Part shown: in pieces, positions 51,559 through 64,000 of the stretch
Position numbering within the stretch: position 1 is the first letter of the stretch
How the letters are laid out: every line of letters starts with the position of its first letter
From: Girardia tigrina
Taxonomy: Eukaryota
Assembly: GCA_001938485.1 (NCBI GenBank)
Contig: MQRK01230236.1
Location: 1-64,000, forward strand
Direction of reading: 5' to 3'
Length of the DNA stretch: 64,000 bases
Notes under the pieces: model-generated
What the model saw: the letters and a program-made list of their open reading frames with translations, nothing else
Told to the model about the DNA's origin: nothing
Databases searched by the model: none
Translations under genes and position numbers: made by a program

Positions 51559-52625
51559 CCCGTTGACTACCGAATTCTTTTATGGAGATGTGTTAATTTT
51601 ATTGAAGTTTTAGACGTAACAAAGGTAATTCAGCATGAAAAATTTTTTAAAAAGACGTAGAAATATTTAGTACATAAGAGTTACAAAAATGAGTTTTTTG
51701 GACTACAAACAAGAGTTTTTAATGAATATTGCAGTATTATTATATTTTACTGATTAGAATTCGTTTTAATCACTCATCTACATCAAAATGAAGCTTAGTG
51801 TGGTAAATTCGAAACAATTTGGTACGCATAATGGCATGCTACATTCAAGGCACATGAAATAACTTCTTTGTCAAATTTGTTTCGCACTACAAGCAATACA
51901 ATTTCTTCTACTTCGTTCTCTACTCTTTCGATCTTGTGGAACATTGTCGGGAAAGTGACGATCAACTAATCTCAAAGTTGTTGGAGCATTAGAAGGTCTA
52001 CCAACTCTATTTCTCTCTGAAGGACCATATCTCTAAAGTATTTCTATAACCAAAAGCAATTTGAACTGAGCAAGCTGTAAGTCTTTAGCATTGTGCTTCA
52101 TTCTGTGTGCTATATACGAATTGAATATCGCGATATTCATCATATGAAAGAATAACTTTTTATACCACTTCAAAGTTTTCCTAATTGAAGCAGAGATTGA
52201 TATCTGCATGTCAGTTTCATCAGCCACTCCCATTTTTTGCGAATATTCCATGACTAGTGCGGGCTTCATAATTTCTGTTCCGTTTGATCTATCAATTTTT
52301 TCACTGTTCAAGAAATTTGTACTGTTTACATATAGACATCTCGTTTGTCTTTCCATTTCATTGCTAGAAGAGCTGAAGACGAAAACCATTGAACATCTCC
52401 TTTTCGTGATTTTCCAGTGAATTTTGGCAATCCTTTAAGATTTTTTCTCACTGTTCCACATGCTACAGTTTTGTTCTGAAGCAATAAATTGAATAGAGTT
52501 GAACTAGAGAGCGAGAGAGCTGGACTAGAAAGGTTAATAGTAATATTTAGAAAAAAACCGCATTAAAAATTTCCTCTTCATTCAAAAGTTATAAGCCCAT
52601 ATACGGGTCTCCGGTAGTCAACGGG
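51559..52625 (-). mobile_element. piggyBac deletion derivative
   Basis: TTAA TSD, TIR CCCGTTGACTACCG. ACGTVRKN, YSQKMGVADETD, KWYKKLFFH and a C-terminal Cys-rich domain. Confidence 0.95.
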
Positions 52626-52959
52626 TTAATTTAACCTTATTTCGAAAATTTTCCTAACATTTTTTAATTCGTAACAAAAACCATGGTTGGATATTAACAG
52701 ATTGATATAAAGAACCTATCAGTATATCACACTTCCGAAAAAGTCTCAGGTTTATTACTTTATCGGTTTGTAGGGTCACATTGGGGATAAAATATGGTCC
52801 TTCATCATTATTGTGTATACGGTATAGTGCTAAAGGGGCATTAAGTATAGAGACATGTTATCCCGACTGCGGATAAACCAATTTCTACAGAAACCAAAAT
52901 TAAGGGTCTTGTCGCATTCAAAATCAATAAACTCCATATAGGAGTTTGAGTCAGAGAAA

Positions 52960-53200
52960 AAAAACAGAAAAATCGGTACGTTTAACGTTAGAGGAATAAT
53001 AAATGAACAATTCTTATCTGTAAAATGTTCCCTAGAAAAATAAGATGTGAAAGTTTATATTCTAACCAACATACACTGTTGACGGTCAGAAATTAAATCT
53101 TTTGGACCCTGAAACTTCCTACAGAGAGGTAGTATTATTGAGACAAGTAGAATAAGAGGAGTTTCTTTGATAGTTAAGAATTTTCACTGTAAGTTTTTCT
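52960..53200 (+). mobile_element. LINE APE endonuclease N-terminal remnant
   Basis: KIGTFNVRG ... RGVSLIV motifs with stops. Confidence 0.55.
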
Positions 53201-55329
53201 CCATAAATTGCAGTATTTCTAGTTGCTGGTATATTAAAAGATCAATATCCATTGTACAAGTCTTTGCACTGACTGACTGCATTAAATCACTGGAAGAGAA
53301 TAAGGAATGTCTTTCAAAAAGAAAAAAACAACAAGCAAAAGATCACAAAATGGAGTTAATAAATGAAGACGATTTTAATAATAGGTTAAGCATTTCACAG
53401 AAACTCAACCCGTTTCTCGTATCTTTACATCCAACTCTGGAAGTTGAGAAAACGGTAATCTTTTATTTTTTATTGATATCTCTTAAAGTGTAAATGTATA
53501 AAAACCTTTTCTAAACATCATCGAAGTCGAAGAACTAGTTAGACACATCGGATAACAAAGAAACACGATTCGCTAGATCATTTTCTTTCCGAAAAAGAAA
53601 AAAAGCCATCCGATTCACAAATATGAAAATTAGAAGTTCGATAATATTAGAAGATTGATTCTGGTTCTTACCCCAAAATATGGCTATCATGGTCAAAAAA
53701 GAAAGGTTCTTACCTCTGACCTTGGACACAATTCGAGGAGTCTCCGTTTCAACCGGGCTGTATCATACCCATTAGATGTGTGGAGGTTGAATCCTGACTC
53801 CACTAAGAAGGAAAGGATCAGAAGATAGTCTAACAAACATGCTGAAGGCCGAAAGCTGGTACTTCATACCTCGTGTATTGAGGTCAGGCCTCTTTTTTAT
53901 TCTTTTCCTTGTGAGTTTTACGAGCTTAAGGATACACGAGACAGTCGAACGTGAATTTATTTATATTTGATAACCTAAGTATAAAGTTTACAAATAACAG
54001 TGTAATAAATAAATAAATAATTACATCTATATAGTTTGATGTCAAACACATTATCCAACAAAAAACAATTAAACAAATACATAAAATTAATCTTATCAAA
54101 ACAGATAGAGGATATGCTGTATAGATTTAAATTACCATTTTATTCTTTTCTGCTTTTAATTTGAATAAATAAATACAATTAGTCAAGTGGTCAAGGATTA
54201 ATTTTTTGTGTTAGTAAAACAATGAAAATTAAGATATTCTATGTACTTCAGTGTTTTGTAAAGTTCTTGAAGTAAAGAACAAAATGAAGAAATTTATTTT
54301 TGAAAAATGTCTTTTGTTCTACATAATCTCCTTCAGGTTAAATGCACTTCCTCAAGAGCCTTTGTGTCATCATGAAAATGCAATTTTTGTGTTCTCTGAA
54401 ACATTGGCTAACATCTGATTGTACTTCTTTGAAAACCTTTTAGAGGTCAGAATAGATGTAAGCCAGAAAAAAACAAATGAGGCAAATAAAGAATTTTGCA
54501 AATGATCGTACTTCAGATTATATGATTATCATATATCTGCCACACTTGCATGATGAAGTGCATTTTCCTGATAGAAAATGTTCTTCTTCTTAACATAAAC
54601 CAGGCCATTGCTGATGAAGTTATGAACACACTTAGCTTGGATAATAGTCAATTTTTATTATTTTCTTAACATCAAGAAAGTCTGACAGAATAATTATTTT
54701 AGCTGAATAAATCTTACGAAGCATAACTTCATTGGTGATTGAGAACATCTGCATTCAATTGTTTGGGTTGCCCCTAGTTTACATGATTATTATTGTCAGT
54801 TTTATCTGTTGTAACATATCATCGAACTAAATCAGCTATATTTAATTTTTAAGGGTTTAAGCTATCTTGACATTATTTTCTGTGAATATTTAGAATATTC
54901 TCAGAAAATGGCATAATAATAATATGTATCAAAATAGACAAATACATAGTAACATAGGATATATGTTAAATAGAATCCACACTCGAAAGAACAAGAAGAA
55001 GGGGAAGCGTTCTAAAATTATTGGCAATCTTAAAATGATATCATTAACACCAAGATTTCAAAGTTTCATCTCAAATAAAAAGGAATAGCTAATGTGGTTT
55101 ATGAATTTCATTGTCTCGAGAGTAAAAACTCGTAAATTGGAGGTCTAGGGACATGTTATATTGGTAACTTGTGCTTGATTTTGTTGCGGCTGCGTTCTGG
55201 CCTATCAAGACGCAAATGGTTCCGCCCACAAGAGAGTGGACAGAAATTTGTCGATTTTAATTCTCGATAACGATTCGGAATTGAAATTCTTTTTAAAAAG
55301 TGTGATATTTCTGGAAGGCAAGAGACCAA

Positions 55330-55532
55330 GTCTCTTGATTCTTCTCACTCAGTGCTCTATGGAAGGCATAAATTGCAATTGTTGTTTTTTATTCCCATTT
55401 TGGGATCGTAAAAAGTTTTTTTCGATCAAATTTTCACATAATCATTTATTTTCATCGAGATAGAGTAAGTGTGCAAAGTTTAAAGATAATTGATTGAGTA
55501 GAAGACCTTCAAAAATAGGTTTCTAAATTCCA

Positions 55533-55583
<51 letters not shown>

Positions 55584-55612
55584 AGTAAGATAATAAAAAG
55601 AATGGAAAAAAA
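55330..55612 (-). repeat. HINE-like repeat copy with uninterrupted (TA)n at about 55537-55580
   Basis: Homologous to the 41-42.7 kb copies. Confidence 0.65.
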
Positions 55613-57107
55613 CTGACTTTATCTCTGACTTGCTTTTATTAGCGTAACTTATTTTTAGGGGTGACGCATAGTGGAATGATTATAATAGTTAGCTGAAGGA
55701 TACATATATTGATTTTGAATAAGTGTTAAACAAAATTATATTCAGAAAAATGTAAAAATATGAGTAAAAATAGAAAGCCTCTTTCATTGGAATAAGTAGG
55801 AAATAATTATGAGAAATTAAAGTTATTCAATTCTAAATTCGGCCTGGAAGACCGGTCATTATGTTTGAAAATATTTTAAAAGAATTATGTTGACCTAGAG
55901 TCTAGGTCCTAGAGTATAACAGCCTCAAAAAGTCGAATACCGAAAACAATTTTGAATCTCTTCAGAATTAAATTTTCATATTTTTTAACATATAATCAAA
56001 TTACAAAAAATAATTTAAAAATTTTCTATAAAATATATCTACATTAAAACCAGAATATGATAGAAATAACGAAAAATAAAATGTCAAAATACTCTTTAAA
56101 CAGGAGACTGTATTTATTATCTTCTACAAACTTTGTCTAAAGAAACTTCTCGAAATGGATAAGAAAAGTTTTCCTAATTAAAAATATAATGATACTCATT
56201 TAACTTATAAAAAAAATAAATTTTTGGTGAGTTGGCTTTGATTTCTTGTTTTGTATTTCCTCTTAAGACTGCTTTCTATGCATAACTAATTCGTTCATAA
56301 ATTAATATATAATTAGAAAAAATATTTTTAAGTATAAAGTTTTTTTGATAAAATTTCATTATTATTTAAAAAAAATATTTTTTTTGTTTTTTTATAAGAT
56401 TTATTTTTATTATTATTCAAATGAGAATAACGTTAAATGGAAAATAAAAAATATTTTAATTAATAATTTTTTTTAATAAAAAAATATTCTTTAAATATAA
56501 TTAATCAATTAAATATTTGAAATACATATTAATTAATAATTTAAAATGAAATTAATTTTCAGTGAATTTTGAATTTATTATGCATCTTTCTATTTGTATT
56601 TATTGATTTTATTATTGTCATAAAAATTCATGCTATACGCAGACTTAAAGATATATCTAATGTAACCTAACACATGTAATCAAAATATGTAGAGAACAAA
56701 TTAAATAATTACCAAAGTATAACCAAAGGTTTTTTTGAGGAAATTTAGTTGGGCTAGTCTTTGTCTAATAAAAATAGTTTCACTTTTGATCTTTTAGCTT
56801 AAGATCAGGTTGAATGAATGGATAAGTTATTGTAAAGACATTGTATCTGTTGATGTTATAGCAGACGCAGCACGGTGGTGGCGTCCCGGGGTTGGGAAAT
56901 CAGTGTTTCCAGGGCATTAGGGGGAAAACACAACGTAATCTCACCACCATCACTCTCGTTCCCTGACTCGCTCATCTCGATCGCTAGATTTCTGCGGATA
57001 ACCGTTCCAGCCCTGTCCTCCGTTTCAAATAACTGCGACAAGCACTTATTCTCCATCATCTCAAAGCAACTCAACCACACTCCGTCAATGTCGATCGAAC
57101 AATTCGT

Positions 57108-57413
57108 TAATGTTTTAACAATGTCTGGAACACGGTGTTCCGATAAAGATTTTTCAAAATGTTTCTTCGCACTGATTAGATCATGTCATTTTAAATCAAA
57201 ATTCTCCGCTTTTGAACAGGCTTTGGCGATTAATTTATAATCAGCCCGATTTTCACGTCCGACTTCATTGGTTTTATTACACACCATAATACATCGCGCA
57301 TATTCTCCTCTTTTGAAACGCACAGCACCAACGCCAGCACAACACATGCAATACTTTGGATCAAGTTCGATAATTTCATTACAATGATCAAGAGCGACTG
57401 AACAACTCTTCGA
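57108..57413 (-). pseudogene. STIP1: STIP1/Hop (Sti1) TPR2A domain fragment, intronless, in-frame stop
   Basis: ALDHCNEIIELDP...AVRFKRGEYARCIMVCNKTNEVGRENRADYKLIAKA...K*HDLISAKKHFEKSLSEHRVPDIVK aligns with recalled STIP1 TPR2A (..AIEVGRENREDYRQIAKA..NKSLAEHRTPDVLK). Confidence 0.85.
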
Positions 57414-59179
57414 CTTTGCGACCAACAATGACATAATTCCTCTCCTTGAAATTAACCATACAATACATCAAATCAAAAAAAACTCTCCGCGCCAAATTTT
57501 ATTGATTTCCAACATAAATTTCACAAAATAACTTTATTTTAAACGTTTTTACAATGGCGACTTTATTTCAAAATTCACAAAACCAAATCGCGCCAGAAAT
57601 CTAAAAATGATCGATTTAAACAATCGATAAAATCATAAAGTTCCCAACAATAATTGACCAATCAAATCGGCCGAAAACTCCAGAATTTTCTTTTTCAAAA
57701 CAATGACATGGTATTCATTTGATCAAATCTTTTTATTATTTAATTTTGTGCCATTTTGGCATCTTTTTTATTTAATTAATTTCTTTTCTTTGATCGTTTT
57801 ATTTTTTTTATCTTTTTTTATTTAATCTTTTGTTACGAGACAGTCTTTACTTTATTATGAGAATATTTGTATTTGGATCACAATTAAACCCAATATCACC
57901 AAGACAACAGATTGACAGACAAATAAAATAACCTTTCATGAACAATCAATTCGCCTGATTATGAGATGATGATGACGATTGCGACTCCACCCTGTTGCGA
58001 TTTGGATACGATCGAGAATGATCATTTTCAGACCGCTGGAGAGAAATGTTCTAACAAAATTGATAGCCCACTCAGTGATAAATCTCTTATAATTTATTGT
58101 TAACAAAAATGTCCATCTTCCTTAAAAAACTTCCTTAAAAACACATGGCTGTTACAAGAGTAAGAATAGACTTTCAGTGGCGATCAATTGATTTGATGAA
58201 TCCGAGTCTTATTCCGTCTGATAATTTCACTATCCTGTACATTTATAACCAAAATTTTCCGATATATCAAAGGTCGATGTCGTCAGTCTGTCTAGTACCG
58301 AAAATTTTATTTTCCATTGTGTCTCTATGAGCGAGCCCGGGTCCCGGCCAACCAATGTCTCCGACACCGCATTTAATAGGTTTGACGAATTTTTATTTTT
58401 TTGGGTGTACTTCGATATGGCACCCTTGTGAATCGAACAGTATCTTTGAATTAAAGATTCTAGTTTGCAAATCTCTTGAATTAAGGGATAAAAACTAATA
58501 TGGGTTTGAAAGTTATGACAAATTATCAATGATGATAATTATTAAGATTGGGATAACTATGCATTATCGTTGTTATTGTTCAATAATTTTTTTAAATTAC
58601 AAAAACTGTCTGAATATTTCTTTCAAATTTTCAATTTTGAAAATTCCAAAATAATTAATACCTAATGTGACAATTACGTTTTAGATTAACCTGTACATGA
58701 ATGTGTTAAAACGATGATAATGTTACTATAAATAGATGTCATATTGTAGACTACCATGTGGAATATACACACATATAGATCATGCACTGATTTTTTCCAT
58801 GTACCATAACTTCGTTGGTTGAGTTCACACATGTATTAATTTTCTTCTTTTCAGAAAGAATAATGGTTCTTAAATTCACAAACTTCTGCTAGAAGTTTAT
58901 GCAAGTGATTAACAATCATGTATATTCATCTAAAATTGAATTTGGGACTCATAAATTGATGAAAATCTGTTTTCTACTTTCAAAGAGAAAAAATTCAATG
59001 AAATATTTGAAGTAAAGCGATATATTATGTGTGGAAATAATCTTAAAAGATAGAGAAATTTATATGAACAAGCTCATATTAGTTCTTAACATAATTAAAG
59101 GTTTTCTTCATATATTACTTAAAGATTTTTGAATTCCCAAACTTAATTTGTAATTTGTTCCAGAATTTCTCATTGGTAA

Positions 59180-61690
59180 AATGTGCGACTATCGTTTAAA
59201 CTGTTGCTCTGTCATCTTGAAGTTGTTTGAGCAACATGACGAAAAATTTCTGGATAACATAATTACCGAAGATAAAACATTAAGTATTTTGTGTGCCATC
59301 GAAAGTAAACGAGATTCTACTGAATGAAAATATTGTTAATGTCGTTCCCTAAACCATAGGACGACTGGACTGAAATAAACAGCAAATTAACCTGTTTCAT
59401 CCGGGGCTTAAAGATTTTTTGGATTACCGTATTAATCCGTCCGCATTATAATGCGTTGTGTCTCGGGATAGTTGACCATCCGAGAACAATTTGGTTTTGA
59501 GATTGTCTTTCCTCCGGTGCATTTCCTTGGACTCATTCTCTTTACGGAGATGATGGATTGTCGGTTCCGGTACGACAGATTCATTTAGACTGCGCAGCAA
59601 AGGAAGGTAGATAATAACACAGAAATGATTTGAGATTGTCATGCGATGGGGTCTCTTTCCTTTGACTGAAAGATTTAAATTTCTACTAGCACTTTGTTTC
59701 GAGGAATTCTGAATATAGTGGTTGATCTTTGAATTTGATATTTTTGAACGAAGTAAAAATTTAAATAAGGTGTGTCCACTAAAAAAAGTGCACAAGTTTT
59801 AAAACCATCATAACTTTTTAATTAGACCTTCAAATTGACGGAAATATGAACAAAGACTAGATTATAATAACACAATTACTATTTTATTATATGAAAATTT
59901 TAAGGCCATAAGAGTTAGCAAGCATTATTCTTTGTCTAAAATTTGCAAATAATGTCCTAAAATATAAATTGTTAAACTGCTTTGCTTTAGTTTTGATTCT
60001 GCAAATCAACTGGTCTTCAGAATCGGCAGTCCAACCCTTTTCATACACTTTCTCCTTTAAATGAGCCCAAAGCTTTTCAATTGGGCGTATTTGGGGAGCA
60101 CAAGATGGATTCGAATCTTTTTTGACAAATGAAATTTTGTTGTCCTCTAAGCACTTCAGACTTGCTTTGGCGTAGTGACAAGAAGCAAGATCTGGCCAGA
60201 AGATGAAGTGACCAGCTGGGTATTTCTCATTCAGATAAGGAAGCAAACGCTTCGTTAAGCACTCGGAGATATAAATATCCGAATTAGAAGCTACAGATTT
60301 CCATTTCCTGATGTACAGGTTTGAAATGTCTCGTCTGGAAACAGTTGCCCAAACCAAAACTTTTACTGTGAATTTCTCTCGAAATTTAAGCCGAATATTA
60401 TCAGGTACATCACCGAACTTCTTTTGGTCCACATAATAACCCGATGTCATTGTTCCGGTGAGTGTAAAATACGACTCATCATCAAGTACAAAGTCGGTTT
60501 TGGTCTTTTCCACAACAATTTTAGCGAGATTTTGCAACCTGGCTTTCTGGCGAATAATCTGTGTCGGAGTAACCTTTGGGGCTTCTTTCCGCTTTCGAAA
60601 CACTATGTTATTAGTCTTGAGCATCTTATGCACGTAAGACTTTGAAAAATTCATTTCTCTACCTAACTTTCTCACACTTTGTCCAAAGTTTGATCAAATA
60701 GTTTTATCAAAGTCAAAGTTGCACGCTGCAGAAGTCTCTTCCTTTTGTCTGACGTCATTTTAACAGGTTTCCTTCCACTTCCTACTTTTCTTTCAATGCT
60801 GCCGGTCTTCTCATAGCGTTGTATTATTGCATATATATATATATATATATATCTTCTGGAAAAATGAATGCCAGTAAACTTTGTCACAGGCTCACTTTTA
60901 CTGCGCGTTTTGAAAAAATTGATTATATCTTCATGTCGCTTTGAAATCATTATAATTGTCTCTTAAATAAAACATATTAAACCAAAAATTTTAAATACCT
61001 GCTTTACTATTTCTAACCTATTAAAACAAATATTTAAATTCCAAATTTACGAAATTAAATAATATTACATTAAAAAGTTATGATGGTTTTAATACTTGTG
61101 CACTTTTTTAGTGGACACACCTTAATAAACAATTCAAAAGATTTATTTAAACAAATTACAAATTTTTTATTTATCACAAAATATTGACTTTTTAATTTTA
61201 AGTTGTTTTGGATTTTGATTTTTGTTCTAGCTTCGAATTTTTCTTGGCATTTTAAATGATGTGGGAACAAAAAGAAACTCCACAGAAGACTCAATTATGA
61301 ATGTACATCAAACAAACTCCGTTATGCAACCACTTAAGAGCGTGAATCAATGTTGAAAGTTTTCTGGGACTGTCATAGAATCAGTAAAATTGATTATTTT
61401 GAAAAGACAGCTAGGTATGACGCAAATTACGGATGTCAGCCCCACGACCATGCCATCCAACTAAAAGTGAAAGAATGTGGCTTCGAACTGTTGGAGCATC
61501 ACCCATACAGTCCAGATTACGCTCCATATGATTTTGTACTTTTTAACAACCTCAATAAGAGGATTAATGATCACAATATCGTTTCAGCGACAGAACTGAA
61601 AAAGGAAATCAAGAATATTTTGGGTCAACTGTCTTTATATTTCTTAAAAAACGTATTTGATTTTGTCGTTGATGAAAGTGTGTAAAACAA
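59180..61690 (+). mobile_element. Mariner remnant split by nested insertions (pieces at about 59180-59330 and 61330-61690)
   Basis: FLDNIITEDKT on the left. LKVFWD and GFELLEHHPYSPDYAPYDF on the right. Confidence 0.7.
59768..61122 (-). mobile_element. Tc1/mariner DD37E (ITmD37E/TRT-like) transposon
   Basis: TA TSD, ~55-bp TIR AGGTGTGTCCACTAAAAAA.GTGCACAAG. VLDDESYF, FWPD-(37 aa)-E in IRPIE. A frameshift separates ORFs 60672-60950 and 59887-60675. Confidence 0.93.
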
Positions 61691-61863
61691 CAAAGCTCGT
61701 GTATTGCGAAATAAATATCTGTTGCACTGTAATTCTGTAACAAAAATTTCCCTTCGTTGTCATTTTCTTTCTTTTCAAGTCTAAAGACTTATTGATCACA
61801 CCATTTATATCTTGTTTTACATCGTTAGGTAATTTTTGGAATTTATACAATTTAATTTAATTA

Positions 61864-62694
61864 GACTTTATCCTTTTTTTACGCGATTATCGGTTCCTGA
61901 AAGTCATCGCGTAAAATAAGATACAATTTACATTAAAATATCAATTTCGTTCTAATGTTTGTGATTATTCGCGTAAAAGCGAATATCTGCGTAAAAAGAC
62001 GCAAATTCAGGTGCACATATTTTTATTTATAACAAAAATGAAAACTTTAAAAATAAATACTTTCATACGAACTAGAAATTATTTTTGATGCTTGCCTCCT
62101 ACGCCATTATCCATATCGCTAGCAGATGCGTCACAGTTTGTATTACCTTGTGTTGGTTGATGCACTGACGGTCTCTTATTTTGAACAATATATTCTGTAA
62201 TACGCCGTTGTTTGTACAATTTTCGTCTCAATAAATCTTTATGAAAGATCTCGTATGTAAATTTACATGTAATTGGTGTAATTCCACAAACATTGGAGAG
62301 ACGTCCCGTCATCTCTGTGGGAGAATCCAAACACGGTCGGAATGTAGGTGGGAGTAATATTGCAGAGCTTAGAAAGGGTTGTAATTCAAACGAAAATATT
62401 AAAATAAATGATTTTAAAATTCTGTATTCTCGGTTTAAGAACTATTGGGAGAGGGTGGCCTGTGAAGCACTTTATATCAGATCTTTAGATCCTAAGATTA
62501 ATGTGTAAACGGGTCTTTCAAAAACCCCATTGAGCGTGTTTAGATGACATAACAATCCATTGATGACATAATCACTGCTTGTCTATATAAGCTGATTTAA
62601 ATTTTTTTTATACTGAAATCGCGTAAAAGTGAAAAAATCGCTTTAAAAAAGAATTCGTGCCGCAATATCAAGTTGCGTCAAAAATGATAAGGTG
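61864..62694. mobile_element. pogo-like MITE carrying a nested Penelope fragment
   Basis: TA-flanked imperfect TIR (G/C)AC(T/C)TTATC.TTTTT..ACGC, repeated CGCGTAAAA motifs. Confidence 0.6.
62220..62617 (+). mobile_element. Penelope-like 3' fragment
   Basis: DLVCKFTCNWCNSTNIGETSRHL / SNIAE..INDFKILYSRFKNYWERVACEALYIRSLDPKIN, then 2x TGACATAA, TATATAA and a truncated CTGA. Confidence 0.8.
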
Positions 62695-64000
62695 TAATAG
62701 ATTTTTAATTTGTTTAGATTTGTTATTTTTAATTCACTTTCGCTTTTTTTTGTCTTGAGCAGAACTAAATGCTTCCCAGTATTAACTCTTTAGTATCCAC
62801 GTAATGAATTCATCTCTTGCTTGGTGATTATATACCAAAGATAAAATGAACGTCTGTTTTGTCTTGATTATATTCAAGTAATAGGTACCATCAAAGGAAA
62901 TAAATAATAAATATTATATTTTGAATATTGAAGAAAATGAATGATAACAACAATATATTTTTATTTCAATAGCTAGCTATTTTTCAAATTGAATTTTATG
63001 TATTCCTTTAATTATTAAACTGATTTTATCTATAAACTGTTGATACATTTAGCTTTGAGATTTGAACTCCTTTTCCATCTTTCCAAGCTTGTCAAATTTT
63101 TAGATTCCTTCCATGTTTCTGTGTCACGAAGTTGTAAGTAACCATATAATCACGTCTAACGAAGAAAGAAAATATATAAAAAATGTCTCAGTCTTCAATT
63201 GAGGTTTTTTTGTAGAAAATGAAAAATATATTATCATTGAAATTAATTAATAACCATATCTTCTTTTTTGAAGTTGTCTTCTTTGACTATTATGAGACTC
63301 GGAGCTTAGATAATATAAATAATTTATTTATAATACTGATTCTTCAAGCTAGTGACGTTTGAAACATCTATAGAACTCAGAATTTGACCATATGGAATGG
63401 TCATCCATTCATTTATTTTGTTATTTATTCTTTGCAAATTTAGAACTCATTTAAGACATCCTTTAATTTGTAATATTTGAATTATGTTGAAATCATTTTC
63501 TTATGAAATTCCTTTATACATTTACTATATACGAGTTTTTAGAGAGAGAATTGTAAAAATAAACTGAGAATACTGCAAATTCTCAATGCTTCTCATCAAC
63601 TCACAAATTAAACACATTTCAGTTAGTAGGAGATTGTTGATGGAAACGTCAACATAAAATACAACCATTGTTCTCCAGTTTTCAAAAGACAATTTAAATA
63701 AACAAAATAAATTAAAAAAATAATTCATTAATTTTTTTCAAATGTTTTAGAGCTATTTATCGTTTGAGAGGAGAATTACTTTAAATATGGAATTTTTAGT
63801 TCTTGCAAAAGTATATGAAACTAATTCGTTTTCATTATGTATCTTCAAGGAATGGGGATAACCAACCTATGAGGTCTAAATAACCTATGGAAGCTGTTCG
63901 ATGTTAGTAACTTTTACATCGAAAGAGTAACTTACTTTTTATAAAGTAAATAAAAACGTTTCGTATAAAAACATATATATATATATATATAAAGTTTCAA

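Noticed and set aside
53740-53900. Structured GC-richer segment sharing GCCC(C)GG(A/T)TGAAAC with about 59390-59410; possible HDV-like ribozyme or LINE 5' UTR
   Set aside because: Could not build a valid nested pseudoknot or hammerhead by eye; needs an Infernal/RNArobo search.
54300-55200. Possible decayed non-LTR RT on the minus strand
   Set aside because: Only fragmentary motifs (FLDVKK, PITC) in different frames; not supportable.
1-64000. CRISPR arrays, rRNA, tRNA, prokaryotic operons
   Set aside because: No regularly spaced repeat-spacer array or recognisable rRNA/tRNA. Spliceosomal introns and the TE content show eukaryotic nuclear DNA.

Overview
This is very AT-rich animal genomic DNA. 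An invertebrate, plausibly a flatworm, is inferred from the kettin-type Ig repeats, 43-58 nt introns and TE repertoire, but is not proven. There are two assembly gaps (26985-27229, 38393-38575). The only recognisable host gene is a minus-strand kettin/titin-like intracellular Ig (I-set) protein. Six of its exons splice in frame (16762->7585, 353 codons) and it is incomplete at its 3' end. The rest is nested and mostly decayed transposons: Tc1/mariner of four catalytic types (DD34D, DD34E with IR/DR ends, DD37E, DD41D), hAT, piggyBac, MULE, Harbinger- and pogo-like MITEs, Helitron and Helentron-like repeats, RTE-like and restriction-like-endonuclease (REL) non-LTR retroelements, Penelope-like elements and LTR remnants. 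The most notable observations are: three minimal hammerhead ribozymes in a shared bZIP-site/TATA/ribozyme module, one of them sense-oriented in the host intron; an intronless STIP1/Hop TPR2A fragment between a promoter-like CpG island and an LTR-like end; an abundant TGTGA...TCACA family with a conserved motif and a short Cys/Asn ORF; a 532-bp perfect palindrome; and a Helitron inserted inverted into a copy of itself. I found no intact novel multi-gene system, so the candidates below are hypotheses.
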